Source: Magallana gigas
Taxonomy: Eukaryota
Assembly (NCBI RefSeq): GCF_963853765.1
Contig: NC_088858.1
Span: forward strand, 30,132,001-30,196,000
Direction: 5' to 3'
Length of the DNA stretch: 64,000 bases
Below are positions 1-15,100 of this stretch, piece by piece (within the stretch, counting starts at the first letter, position 1; each line of letters opens with the position of its first letter). The notes under the pieces were generated by a model, which saw only the letters and a program-made list of their open reading frames with translations, had not been told where the DNA came from and ran no database searches. Made by a program: the position numbers and the translations under genes.

Positions 1-8
1 TTATCTAT

Positions 9-526
9 AATCAAAGTACTGGAGTATTGAAAGCCGGGCTCTTTTGGTCTGTCTTTATGCATATTGTGTAGTAAAGAAAATTCTCTCTCTCTCTCTCTCT
101 CTCTCATGCTTTTAATGTCGGCAAAGTAAGCGGCTATAAACCAAAAAAATCTGTCTGTCTAGTAGAAAAAAAATCAACAGTTGCTGCCTTGAATTTTGAA
201 ACAAGCGTTATATATTCAATCCCCATTTCTTCAACGCGCAGCAAAGTAGTTCATGGAAATTCATGCGCATTGTTTGTGTCCAAAATGCATAGTCTTGTTT
301 TTAAAACACGTTGTTAATAAGAAAACTAAACAAGAAAGACAATTTTTTCAATATTAAAAAACAACAACAAAATACCAACACTTGACAAAACGCGGCTCTT
401 TGTGTAACTATTTGGTATAGCGGACGCTTTTAGTATGACGCTGTTTGGTTTTTTGTGCTATTTATAGTAACATTTGCGATTTGCCTGCCTACAGCCAGGA
501 CTCTGCTTTCAGCAGAGCCCGGCTAA
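9..526 (-). mobile_element. Non-autonomous Helentron-type (HINE-like) element
   Basis: 11-bp sub-terminal inverted repeats AGCCGGGCTCT (32-42) / AGAGCCCGGCT (514-524). Short IR CTCTGC..GCAGAG next to one end, imperfect terminal palindrome at 11-30, internal (CT)n at about 82-104. Confidence 0.6.
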
Positions 527-594
527 AAACTGTGATCACATTTCCGCATTTTTATACACATGATCACAGAAATATTTCATAAACCAATACTTAC

Positions 595-822
595 CAAATG
601 TATAGTGATCAAGTGACTTGTTAAATGTAAACTTTTCAATGCCAATAGTGAACAGATAATTGCAGGGATCTACAGAGAGATAAGCACTGAAGGACATGTT
701 GAGGTCTGGGACATTGACACAGCAGTGAAATCCTGTACAAAGTGGTGGAAGATAACAGGAAACCAGTGTGGCTGATCTGGCATCTAGAGTACGATTCACC
801 AAATCCACATCCAACTGACACA
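595..822 (-). CDS. Repeat unit R30, first exon only; gene continues beyond the left edge
   Basis: xCQLDVDL...SCYLPPLCTGFHCCVNVPDLNMSFSAYLSVDPCNYLFTIGIEKFTFNKSLDHYTFG|gtaagt. Confidence 0.8.
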
Positions 823-3800
823 CTGAAAAAGTGTTATAAAATGTGCACATGTTGGTAAAACATATCTTTACTAAAGGTTCATTATTAAAAAACAAAACTT
901 AATCTAAAGCCATCAGGGACGGACAATTACCGAATTTTAGGTCTGCTATCAAAGAAGATGTGATAATTAGCATAAAAAGGCACAATCTCATTGATACTTA
1001 TAGTAAACCACTTACTTTGTGATAAATAATAAGAGCTTAATGTGCTGTTGAGAACTCCTTCTGTAGAGTTTGTATAGTTCTGGCCAATCAAACTTTGGTC
1101 AAAGAACATGCCAACACCTCTCTTACATGGAATTGGATTCATATATTGTGCAATGTCCAAATATTCCAATAATAAATTTTTTGCCCATTCAGGAAACTGT
1201 ACCAATGTTGGAACTTTTTCATCACTTTTCCATTTTGATAATGAAAAGCCTATAATTCCATAATCAAAAAACAATTAAAAATATTGAAAAACTTATTAAG
1301 GCAAAAATAATTCATCACTGACTAAAATTTATGCAAAGATTAAAAATGTACCTGTATTAACATCCCAAGGACATCTTCGTTTTGGCAGTAAAGTATTTTC
1401 GAAAATAGAAATCCTCCTTATACAGTCTTCATGCGCTTCAAAGCACAGACTGAGATTCATGTTGACAAGAAAAAACCGTTCTCCTTGGAAATTGTCTATT
1501 ATGAAGCTATAAACATACGAGAATTAAAGAGATTTTCATTTGTCTTCATGAAATATTGTGAACTTTACACAGATAATTGTACAAATGATTGTGAATTATA
1601 ACATTAACCCTATTGCAAAAGTTGTATACTGTGGTCTCATTAATATTCAAGGGTATCAATTTTCGTGGATAAAGTGAAAATCACAGTTTCAAGGATACGT
1701 AAATTTGTGGCCAATGACCCTATCAATACAAAAAGTTAATAGAAATTGCATTTCAATGAATACTTAATTTCGACGATCATCTTAATAACGAAATACACGA
1801 AAATTGGTATTTAACAAATATTGATGAAACCACAGTACTACATGTATGCATATACATATTATCTTACTCTATTCTTACTACTCCAGCAAGCCAGTGCCTT
1901 TCTTTCTGACCTACAAAGAAAAGAGAAAAAATTACAACAATTAATATGTATTATATGAAAACTAAGCAAATCAATTATTGAAAATTTTTGCTGTACCCCA
2001 TCTATAATGAGCAAGTGAAATATTCCTGTTGAATTTTCCTATACCAACTTGGAGTTCAGAAGTACAGGGATCTATGGTAAGGAAGATTTTTACATTTCTA
2101 GTCAGGTATTCTACCCCAACACAACACTCTATAGATGTGCAGTCCTCCTGAAGGTGACATACTGCTCCAGATATGTTTGGTTTAATCACCATCTTTGCAC
2201 AAGCTGCAAATGTATTTTAAAAAATCAAGTCTTTGACTATTATGATGATTTTGGGTATCGAGACAAGGTAAAACTGAATAAATTTTAAACCTTTATCAGG
2301 GCACAAAAGCCCAAATTCATATATAGTCTCAGCAAGTCTTACATGATGTCCAGCCATTAACTGCATTTGAAGATTGACTACATGACTGGGAGAGTAAATA
2401 CTGTGATATTGAAAGTTCATCCATCAGTTGAGACACTTTGTAGTCAGTCTGCATCAGGTCTGACACATTCCCAATACTATTATTTGCTAACCAGGTGGTC
2501 AGAGAGAAGTCTATAAAACAGAAGACAAAAATACATAAATCAATAATGGTTATGTTAAAAAAATTGTTCCATAACAATGCTAGTAGTTCTCAAAATGGCA
2601 AAGATAAATACACCTTTAATTAATAGAAAATGTCACTATACAAATTTGTTTTCCCTTGGACTGAAATGTCACACTTTCATTGGTTTAAACATAGCACGTG
2701 GTTGCCTCATATATCTCTATATTTGTTCTGTGAGGAATAATATTAGGCAATATGGCCGTCATTGGCCGACGCTTCGCTTACTCATTTCGACATTTCATAG
2801 TATTTAATACATAAACCGCATGCCCTAAGTTTTTAAAGTATTTGGAGTAGTTGCCCTTTAAAATTCTTTAAAATTAGAGTAGTTGCCCTTAGAATATTTA
2901 TGTCACATTGTTTTGTCTAGAGCAGAACAAAATGGCAGCGACGAAATTTGCTCAAATCTCTGCAGAGAAAGGGAGAAAACATTTAAAATTGAAAAGCAAC
3001 AAAACATTGTAAGTAAACATGAGTGAATCAAAGATTTTTAAAGAGTATTTGAAAGGTGAGATTGAGATGGAAAATTTTGAAGAGTTTAAATGAGTTAACT
3101 TGGACGAGATGTAGGAATATTGTAAATGGCTTTACGTAGATCATCGCTATTTGTGAATAAATATGTCGCTTGATAGTCCTCGGGAAAAACAAAACACTTA
3201 TTATGTTAGTTCCTGACTCACTACAGAAAATATATTGGGTTGATCCATCTCATAGACGGCTCGGCTCCGCCTCGCCATCTATGAGATAGATCAACACAAT
3301 ATATTTCCATAGTGAGTCAGTAACTAACCTAATAAGTAATAATATTGGTATCTTTGCATTTCGTAGATAAATATTTACATTAAGTGTATACTTCCCCTTA
3401 TGTTTGCATTGGAAATCTGGGACGTTCAATTTTCTATAAATACACTCTGCTAATCCATGCGCCATGAACACAGATAAAAACGTCATTACATGTTTTGGGT
3501 ATATTTATTTTTGTAAGATTAAATGAAACTTTCAATCTTACATAACCAATTTGATATGTACTTTTGAAAAACTATTGTCTAGAGCAAAACAAATATATAA
3601 TATATATAATATATATCTACTCCTTAGTAAAAAAGTTTTTTTATCCGCAAAGTTTCTGGCACATATTTTTTTGTCGCAAAAGCTAACTAAATAATATGTT
3701 AATATGGCTGTTCCATGTATGTTTCATATCCCTGACTAAGAGCACAAATAATGGCTTTAGAGCGGCGATACACAAATTTCATATAAATAGACATCAGTAT

Positions 3801-5939
3801 GAAAATATAAATAAAAGCATCGAATGCTTATTTTTTGATGTAAGCTAACACGCGATATGATAATTTGTCTGCACCACTTGGTTTGTCATAGGACCGACGA
3901 CATTCAAAAATAAGCATTCAATGCTTAAAACAATCATTTTTCACTGTTGATTTTAATTATTATTTGCAAAGTGTACAAAAACGAAGCAATATTGCTTACT
4001 AGGGTCAACAAAACTTTGATTCCATGTGCACAATCCTTTTGGAAAAACTGCCCTGTTCAGAATTGTGTATGTGGTACCAGTGTCACACTGTGGTGGTCTT
4101 GTTTCGTAGCAGTCCATAGCTTCTAGTGACACCAAGTATGATCTATCTTCAAACAAGTCTTCAATGGTGTATCTGAAAGTCACCATACAGTGAGTGCACT
4201 TGTATATTATATACGTTCTTCCGTGGTTAAAATAATTGCAACAATTCCTGCTGGACTAAAGGGGCCCTTCTTTAGCCAGATGATCTGCAAATTTACCAGT
4301 ATCTAATATCCCTTACGATTTTTAAAGCGCTAACCATAGCGCTTTATTGTCGTTAGACTTCTACTTCAGGTGCATCGAATAACTGCCTCCTATGAGCAGA
4401 GGTTTACATAATTTAAACTGGTTAGGGAACCAGTTTTAGGAGTTTGTGCACATAACTGCACGGGCTAATGTGAATCTAATGTACGGGCTATTGTGAATTT
4501 AATGTACGGGGCTTACATACATCACTGCATGGACGTCCACGCAATGATGCGGAAATATATAGTGCGTGTACAAAAGCTGAAATGTTACATACATGTACAT
4601 ATATCTGTTATATACATACTGAAGCTGAGCTATCGCTTTTCAGTACTATCAGTACTTTGATTTCCTCAAGATTTTACCTTCATGCTCCCTGTACAATACC
4701 CTTTCATGTAACCACATATATGTGAAATTAATATATAGTCATTAGTCATAACCACCCCCCCCTCCAGCAGCTTACCTGACTCTATATATTCCAAGCAAAC
4801 TGAACTCCTCAGGTTCTCCTAGAAAGAAACACCCAATTCATATAAAAACTTCAAATTGAAATATTTCATCAAATTGAAATATCATACTTAAATAATAAAT
4901 ACCCAATCTTAAATCATGTAGTGCCTTTGTATAAAACACTTTTTCGATCTGAATAAAAAGGCTCTGGGAACAGTAGTCTATGCTGAAATGTACTTGATAA
5001 TTTCTTCTTAACTCTGGAGATTTGACACAGCACTGCACACCATTACAAGTTGAGAGCATGACACATTTAACATCAGCATGCAGGTTAGGCAAATTCATGA
5101 TCATTCCACAACCTAAGGAATGAAAGTTAGTTAATATTTATCAATAATTTGTACTTTGTAATTAAGAAAGTCAGAAAAATTGTCTTCTTCAAAAACACAT
5201 TCGTTACCACTGGTCCATCCATTGGCAGCTGTAGTTGAATAGATACCAACAGATGTATTACACATTGGGTTATCTGTATAGCCAGCCAGGCCTGTTTCAT
5301 CCATAAGTTGCAACAAATATTCATCTGGAATACTTAGTTTAGCAGTTGGAAGATGTCGATCCACTTTCCATGAAAACAGTGAGAATCCTTAAAAATAAAT
5401 AGATTAAGTTTATTTAAAATCAAGTTGATTAAAGTCTCCTTTAAAGAAGGTGAACTCCTAATTTTATATATAGTAAAATCAATAATCCAATAGAAAAATG
5501 GATGCCCACAAAATATGCACCTTTGATATTGTAATCCATTGACCATTCACAGACATCTTTTGGTATCAAGGAATCTTTAAAGAGGACGTAGAACACTGTG
5601 TCATTTCTACTGGACTCATAACTGTGGCTGATGTTCATGTTCAACAAGTATTTTCTATCATTGAAGAAGTTCACCAAAGAAAAGCTGTTGAAATAAAAAA
5701 TTAAAACAAAAGCATAATAAATATTACCACAAATTTATTATCAGACGAAGTTCTTTTTCATATACTAGTACATTTATTCACAAATTTAAGATTTATGTAA
5801 AAGATTACCTCAATTCATATATCCCATAGAAATCCATTTTCACCACTTCACCTAATAAATTGAGCATACATCATAATTGTGTTTGAAGAGATTGAAATTA
5901 AGCTTTAAATAAAAATATAATTCAATGAAATATACAGTC

Positions 5940-6003
<64 letters not shown>

Positions 6004-6113
6004 AAATCACAAAAGTATTTTCTCAGTGTCCGGTAAAAATATAATAAAAGAAAAAAAGCAACACTAACTGCAAAGCAAATTATGTTTTGCAGTTAGTGTT
6101 GCTTTTTTTCTTT

Positions 6114-6178
<65 letters not shown>

Positions 6179-9100
6179 TGAATGACATACCCCATGTAAA
6201 ATTGAGGAGACTGATGTTGAATTGCAGTTTTTCTATCTCCAACTTCAAGGTGAATTTACAAGGATCAATTTTGACTACCGTTTCTATGTTTCGTTTGAGT
6301 ACTTTGTCTTCCACACAGCAAGAGGTGGTTGTACAAGTGTCAGACAGATAACAGTTGATGAGGTCTGAGTCTGTGAACTGACTGATCCCAGACACCTTTC
6401 CACATTCTGAATAAAAAATCATATTTCTTTTTCATTTCAGTTTAATTTCGGATTGAAACAAAGTAGGTTTATATTTTCATTAACATTAGATATAAAAACA
6501 CACCATCCTTCCAAAAGTTCCTGTGGGGAAAATAGTTTCCTGCTTGTCTATGACAGGAATCTTTAAGATATTCGGGAATATCAAGAACTTCTTGCAGTAA
6601 AACAATGTCTGAGGCTTTCATCTCTGACTCTGTTATTTGGTTTTCTGCTTTCCATGTTGACAGTGAAAAATCTGCCATTATAAAATAAGATTCAAAATTA
6701 GTGAGTTATACCCAGTATATTTGTTTGACGTACCTGCTAATTCATATGTATTTGCAGATTATAAGGAATATGTTTACGTCTTGCTATCAAAAATACTGTT
6801 TGAAAGGTTTCCTTTTGGTTGAGGAATAGCATACTTTTTTGTACAAAACCAGTAATCAAGCTGCAAGGTTTCTTTGGCAACAGAGAATTTTTGAACACCA
6901 CAGTCTCTAACACACAGGGACCAGAGGATTCCAAACACAGACTGATATTTAGGCTCATTTGGTACTTCCGATCAACTTTCAGGTCATACACTTTATACCT
7001 TTAAAAGATATCAAACTTACACTATTTATCTTTAAAAATAAGTATACACTGTACTGTTCATCCACCAAATCAAATTTTTCAATTTGATAATATTTCAAGA
7101 CAAGCAATAGCTGTTATGATTAAATTTTCAAAACTATCATTTTCTATGTATAATTTGCTGGCATATAGTCGCATTGATTGCATTTTCATTAGGAAAAATG
7201 TGTTTTTAAGTGTAACTTTTTAAAAATAATTGAAAACTCACTGCATCCGAACAACATTGTTGAGGAAGAAACTGTGCTCTTTTCCTAAAACATTATATGC
7301 CGTCATTTATAAGAATATTCAAAATATAAATGAACTTACATACAGTATCAAAATCATTGATTTTATTGAAATAATTTTTACATGTATATTCATATAAAAT
7401 CAGCTCTAATTTATAAATCCAAGGAGTTTTATTCTCACCAAATGTGAAGTCATAGAGTGAGATTTGATGAGCAAAGTTTTCAATCTCCAACAAAATCCTC
7501 TGGTTACAGGGATCTAGTTCTAGGAGCACGCTGATTGACCTGTTGAGTGGAGTGTGTGATGTCACACAGCATTTGACTGATGTACAGGTGGCAGGGATGT
7601 GACAAAGCAGGTCTGTGGGTAGATGTCTGGTCAGCACTGGTAGAGGACAGTCTGTAAAGTGAAGCAACACAACATTAGAACATGATACACACCACTGCAC
7701 TCTCTGTCTTTCTCGTTCATATATTTAATCTAAATCTGGTTAAGCATGATTTTTCACACATTTTTGGTAAGAACATATTTGCAGTGATTAATTTTCATTT
7801 GTAATAAGTCTTGTTGCCTAGAGAAAAGAGAACACTGGTTAGTGAGAATACTTAAACATCCATCAGCAGCTTTTCCTCCTAATGTTTTAAATATCTATTG
7901 TATACATCTTTTGGTTCACAGTACAAACCTGCACTGAGCTACTTAAAACATCTTTTCAACAATATAAAATATTGTAAAATTCCATGTAAATAACAATTAA
8001 ACATGTACTGTAAATTAAAACAGAGCTCCAGCTGAAAACTTGCCTTTTGTCCATCCGTGTGTATTATTTTGGTAAATGATATCAGTTTCCCTACATTGTT
8101 CCCCTTTCATATACTGTGCTATTCCCAAATCTTCAAGAAGTTCTAACTGACCATATTCTGGTAATGGCAACACTGATGAAAAACTGTGATCAGCTAACCA
8201 GCCAGACATTGAAAAACCTACAAAACAAAACAAAAAATCCAAAAGATATGAATATCAAACTAGGTATTGAGTTCCCTACATTGTTAATTTAAAATTTAAA
8301 TGTTATGGATTGTAATGATCAGAAATTGTATAAATTTGAAGTAACTTACTTGGGATGACAAAGTCTGTACTCTTGAATTCACAGACAGGTTTCGGAAACA
8401 TAGTGTTTTGAACAATGTTTTCAGTTAGGGTACAATTGTCTGGTTCATAGCACACACTTATATTGACACTCATCATATAATGTGAGTCACTGACCAAGTC
8501 AAAGATGATGTAACTAAAAGAAAATTTACTCATTAGTACCACATATTTGTACATTTGTACATCAATGATGGTAATAGAAAAAATATATTATGTATTTTTA
8601 CCTAATTCTGTAGACTCCTTGAAGACTGAAATGCTTTTCTTCACCTTTAAATGTGTTTACATAGATTATATAATTACTTGTAATTATAATTCTCGAAAAA
8701 ATAAATAAATATAGTTTTCAACTTTAATAATTTATGATTTAATATAAAGAATTATAAAAATATCAAAATGTTTTATTACCAAATGTAAAGTCCAAGAGAA
8801 ATGATTGTTGTTTTCTGTTCTCTATGCCTACTGAAAATTTTAAATGACAAGAATCTACACCAATGAACCAGTTGAATGTTGTATCCATTTCAGGATCTTC
8901 GGTACAACAGTTGATAGAGGTACAGCTGGAACCCACATAGCAGTAGGTCTTCTTCTTCATGTTGTAAGGTAGACTGCGTATTCTACATGCTAGAAATTCA
9001 AAAAGCACTTTAATGAGTAAATAAAATTGCAGAATGATCTTGTACATTTTATAAACAATAAGGTTTTATGGTATGTTCTAACTTGCAACTTCTTTTAAAT

Positions 9101-12100
9101 AGGATCAGTGCACAATAGCTATAAATTGAGAAAAAATCTATCACCATTGTGTTGATTCCAGCCATTGTATGTGGGCCAGTATGGGGAAACATTTCTTCTA
9201 CACTTAGATGACTTGAGATATCCAGGCAGTTTTAAGGAGTCTTCTACTTTACCCTTCATATAGTTAGGTAAATTGGCACCATAACTGTAACTGTTGTTAA
9301 TTTTCCATGATAAAAGGGAAAAACCTATTAAAAAAGGAATAATTTAAACATGTATCTGTGAAAGCTTAAACAAATTAGTCAGATATTTAACTCTTTCATT
9401 TATTTCCACATTCATAGTTATTTAGAGCGTGTAAAAAGCAACAATAATATTTGAATTGTCGACTGCATATATTAAGACATCTTCTGTGTAACATTAGGTG
9501 GTGTTGGCAACATAAAAATTCTCATTGTTCAGTTTGAAATAAGTGAAAAATCTCAAGACGGGGGTAAATATCATAAAATCGACCAACAATTATATAGCTA
9601 TGATTAAATATAAAAATATGTTATCAAACCTGGTGGCAATAGCTGATCAAACTGGCATTTTCTTTTGGACACAAGGCTGTTGGCAAGTATTGTCTGATTA
9701 GCAATTTCACATGCTTTCGAACTCTCTGTACACAAGCTTACATTTACATTTAACACATATTGGTGTTCATGTTGGAGATTTTTTACATCAAAACTACAAG
9801 GAAATGTAACCAAAGTTAGAATATGATGACAACAATAATCATAATCTCAATCATGGAGAAAAAAAGTTTTTAAAATCTAGAACTTACTCCATGCGTACAA
9901 CTCCTTGTAACCATACACTTTTTGTCATGGCTTAATGAAGAAAAAAATATCAAGTTGAAAATATATGAAACATTCGCAACTAAGCAATTTTTCATAGGCA
10001 TTGTAAAATTTAACATACTCATGCAAATTTTGGATTTGCTATACATACATGTTGACAGCAATTTGTCTGTTTCAAGAGAGATTTCCTCAAATTTCCATTT
10101 ATCAATTCCAACCACTATTTTTGATGTGCAAGGGTCAATTTCTAGGTATGTATGGAAGCTTCTCCCCAAAACTGAGCTTGATATACAACACTCTACTCCT
10201 GAACAATAACTAGGAATATTGCAGGTAAAAGAGCTGGGGAGGATTGGCAATGCAAGGTTGTCTAAGCATTCTGAAAAAAAAATCATCACATGAGCATACA
10301 ATCATATATACGTATCTTAAAAACTTCACTGTAATTCAAAACATTTGAGAACTTTGTAAATTTCCTTTTTTTAAACTTGCCTGATGTCCAACCAGTGCTG
10401 TTTCCATGAACCCAAGATGTGTTACAGTCTGTATCCTTAAACTTTGACAGCTGTAAAACTTCCATTAGATCCTGCAGAGCACTTCCTGTCAGTGGAGTAG
10501 TGTTAGGATATCCATTTTCTGACAGCCAAGTACTGGTAGAGAACCCTTAAAACAAATCATACACATTTACAACACCTTGATTTATGGAATAACATATTTA
10601 ATGAATATGTAATAATAGTTGAATATTTGTTTGCAATTGTTTAAAAATATAACAGACATTAAGTCAAGAAAGGTAAAACCTGGCAGTAAAAGAACATATT
10701 ACATCAATATGTTTGTAGCAATATATTAATTTCAAACAATACATCAAAAGAAATCTTACATGCATAATATACACATCACTTATACATGTATATCAACAAA
10801 CTACACAGATTTTTTCAATTTTACACACTCTGTGAACAATTGTCTCTTACCAGGTATTGTTTCTTCTGCTTTCCAGTTGCAGTAAGGTTGGGATCTGGAC
10901 TTTGGTAATCTTGTATTCGAGAGAACTGTGTATTGTTCACAGTGTAAGGAACTCTCCCAGCAGGAGAGGACGGAGAAGCTGACTAGGTACATGTTGGCAT
11001 TACTCAGGTCCTCAATTGTATATCTGTAGAAAACAGTTTGGGAAGGATATAAATATAACAAAATGAAAGAAAAAGTGAACAAGCTCACATACGCCATGCT
11101 CCCATATTATTGGCAATCCTATAATGAAAGACAGAGTATGCAATAAACACACAAAATGATTTTATTTTAAAAGGGACATAACTCAATAAAAAATAATGAC
11201 ATCAAGACTTCCTGCACATCTATACTTCTGTCTCTATAAAACAACAACAAAATTTTAAATTCGAAAATGCAAAAATTCCCATAAAATTGTAAAATCGGAA
11301 TTTTCTGGTACATATATGTAATATGCACATCCTAAATACCTACAAAGTTTAAACAAAATTCAGTGCAACAGTTTAAGAGGAGCCGCGTTTACTAAACACA
11401 GGACAGAAGGACTGACACACTGACACAATGACTGACTGACGGACGGGTCAAAAACATATCCTTCGCACTTGTTGTGTGATGTATCTTTATGGAAATGGAG
11501 TACAAAATATAAATCCAAATCTATTTTCAATGATGTACATCATATTTACCTGAGATGATATATTCCACTCATAGTAAGCATTTCTTCCTTTCCTATGAAG
11601 AAATTTATTCAATTAAGAAAAGTAATGAATAGCATTTTAAATATTATTTTCTGGATTTCTAAAGATTTTTCAAAATACAAATACATCTATACAAATGTAC
11701 TTTATACAGTGAACGTATACTGTTTAAATCAAACAAATATTTAGTTCTACTTTGAAACTGAAAAATAACAGTCAAAGAACACACCCTTACCCCAGTTAGT
11801 GTATGCACTTGGCTGTATTTCTCTGACAAACTTGTCTATGCCTATCCTTATTTTGTCTTGACAGTAGTTTAGACTGAAGTGAATGGTCACATGTTTCAGC
11901 AAAGGTTCAGAATACAAACAGCACACCACATCTGAACAGGAGTGTCCAAGATTACAGGTGATAGCTCCTCGAATAACAGGAACATTGTTTGGGAGGGATA
12001 CTGGGCAATCTTTTCAAAACAGAAAATAACAGAAATCATTCTAATTCTTTAAATTCCTGATTAAAATTCTCGGAAAAACTGTAAAATGTAGTGGTAAGTT

Positions 12101-15100
12101 GCATTTTTAAAAATCAAAACTAAAAAATGTATTTTTATAGATACATATAAAACCCACCATTAGTCCATCCAGCTGAGGGGGAATTAAACACTCCTGATGA
12201 CCTGTCACATACTTGTGAGGAGTTATACAAATATCCATGCATTCCCAATTCTTCCTCTAGTCTAGCTATGCTATAGTCTTCCATGACTGTGTACTTGTTT
12301 TTTGTTTTCCATGAATTAATTGTGAAATCTAAAAGAAAATTGAAAACAAGTCATCAAATGAGCAACGTATAGCCATTGTATTTTGTAGTGCACATATTTA
12401 GTTTTCTATAATATTCATTTCCAAATAACACCAGAGCTGAAAAAAGATATTTCTTCCTGCTTACTCTTTATTTCTGTTCCTATATTCCACTCACAGCTAG
12501 GTTTTGGTATAAGCGTATCATCAAGTACAGACACCTCTTCACAAGGCAGCCCATTCTCCATACAAACCATAAACTTTAGACTAATTCGCAAAGATTCTGC
12601 TCCTGGGAGGTCTACTATCTTAAACCTAAAATATTTCCAATAACATCATTAAATTAAGCTTGTCCATCAGAATACTACACAACTGTTATATCGAACACAT
12701 GTCATTGGTAAAATTACATGTTATCTTAGCATACCTGTTAAAAATTAAATTTTTTATTTAATTGATCTATGTAAAAAAGAAACTGCAATTTAAATAATTT
12801 TCTTTCGCATAGTGCAGTAATGATAATTGGATTGATGTAAAGGCACAACATACACCCTTAGTTATAAAAGGTATAAAAGGAATCATTATTTCCTCATTTC
12901 TTTATACCTTAGTCTATAGATTCCCTTCATCCAGTAGTCCTGCCACTCATTGAACTTAAAGTCATACATGGTGGTTGGCTGTACAACAAATCTATCAATC
13001 CCATATTGAATTGTCCATCGACATGAGTCAATTGATAAATAAAACTGGAGTGACTGTGGTTTTAGTTTGGTTACATCCATACAGCAGTTAATACTGGTAC
13101 AACTGGATGTCATGTGGCAGGTTACATAGGAAGGTAATGATTTTAGTCCTGGGTTCAATGTTGAGGGACATTCTGCATCGGGATGTATACAAAACTTAAT
13201 TAATACATAGAATAATATCTGACCATGTTAACCTTAAGGTGGTATGGGACATCTGTCGATATTATGTGGATTAAAGTACTATATAATTGAAAAACTTTCA
13301 CCAGTTTAGAATTTTCAAATTTTACATAATTTAACCAAAAAGTAGCTTTTAAAAATATTTGAAAAGGTAGAAATTGGAAAACCCCCAGCGGGATTCGAAC
13401 TCATGACTTACAGGTTCGTAGTAAACCCTCTAACCCACTGCGCTACGGAGTTAGGTGACCATTTTTGGAAAGAAACTACTTATATAATTACACTTTATTT
13501 TATTGTTTATTTCGATAAACAATACGTCATAACATGGAAGTGTCCCATACCACTTTAAGTCATGTTTAAAGAATGTTTTTCTTCTCAAGCATAAGTGGCT
13601 GCACTGAACTTTATAATTACCATTTTTCCATCCATTCAATGTAGGCAGGTAATGAGCATCTGATCTATTACAGGAAGGATGCAATATGTAGCTGGAAACA
13701 CCCAGATAGTCGTTCAAATAAACAAAGTCTTTTTCAGTCAATTTGTTGGGAACGAGGCCATTTTCTCTAGTGTACTTTGACAAGGAGAATCCTTAAAAAA
13801 GATTTTTAAAAATTTAGTAATCTTAATGATACCTTATTTCTTATATCTTGTGATTCAGCACAAGTCTGTTAGTTTGACCACATAGAAAAAGTAGTGACCT
13901 ACAATAGTACATTATTCATGCGCTACTTTGACCTCTTGACCCATAATGATTTTATGCAGGAATAACAGCGGATTGCGCAAATACTGTTATATACGAGAAA
14001 ACATTTGCAAGTGTAAATATTTTTTTAACATTATCTACAAAAACATATACAATATACAGCTGTACCTGGTTTTTCAAAGGAAAGCCTTCCTGTGCATTTT
14101 CTTTTTGGAATCATTGTATTTTGGAATACATCTGCTATAAACTGACAGGGTTTGTACCTCTCCCAACACAAGGATACTTTAAGGTCCATTAGAAACATAC
14201 TTTCAGCTAAGAGGTCATAGACTTTGTAACTGAAATTAGAATGTGAAATTCAATAATCTCTTTCTTTCTCTATCTCTCTCTTGATAAGTTAAAACAAAAC
14301 ATACATGTAGTATACTTCAAAGATCATTTAAAGAAACAAAATAAATCTGTTTACAACATGTATCAAAAGCCAAATATCAAAGATTAAAAAAATCGATTTG
14401 ACTGTTAAAAAACCCATCATGAAATCGTGGAAATTCTTCAAAATGTACTTTCAAAATGTTACTTGAAAAAACCCTATATCAGGTATATCAATATCAGTCA
14501 TAAATTTACATCGAGCAAAAATAAGTGGGATAAAAGTGAAAATATATCAATCAACTCACTCAATGCGTATTAATCCAAACAGGTAGTATTTCTGTTCTTC
14601 ACCTTATGGAACAGATAGATCAACTTTAATCAAAGGTGTACTTAGTTTTGTTAATCTGACGATATGATCGATTTATTAAAACTGTATTTATACATTGACT
14701 CATTAGAAAATGTGACTTTCATCTAGTTGTACTTGAATGAGTAATGTCATAATTTTCATAGTTTGATAAATTGTAAAGCAGATTCAACAAAACTTTTACT
14801 CAATATTTTGATTTAAAAACCCCCATCAAAGATATCAATCATACATTTGATAACATAATATATATTTTCTTTTTAAGTATTTCTTCTCTCATACCCCATG
14901 ATAAATCTGTAAAAGGTATGATTGCTTGTAGATTTTCCACTCCTAAATTAAGTGTCCTGGTACAAGGATCAATATCCATGTTGACTTGGAATGTGGAGTT
15001 TGTTAATTCTGCTTCTACACAACAAGTTACTTTGTTACAGTTAGTGTCCAGTTCACAGAACAGAGGGAAGGAGGACAAGGCAGACACATTGCTTTTGTCA

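Noticed and set aside
13381-13452. Functional tRNA gene
   Set aside because: A and B boxes are present, but the acceptor and T stems do not pair and it lies inside a TIR element. Treated as a tRNA-derived remnant.
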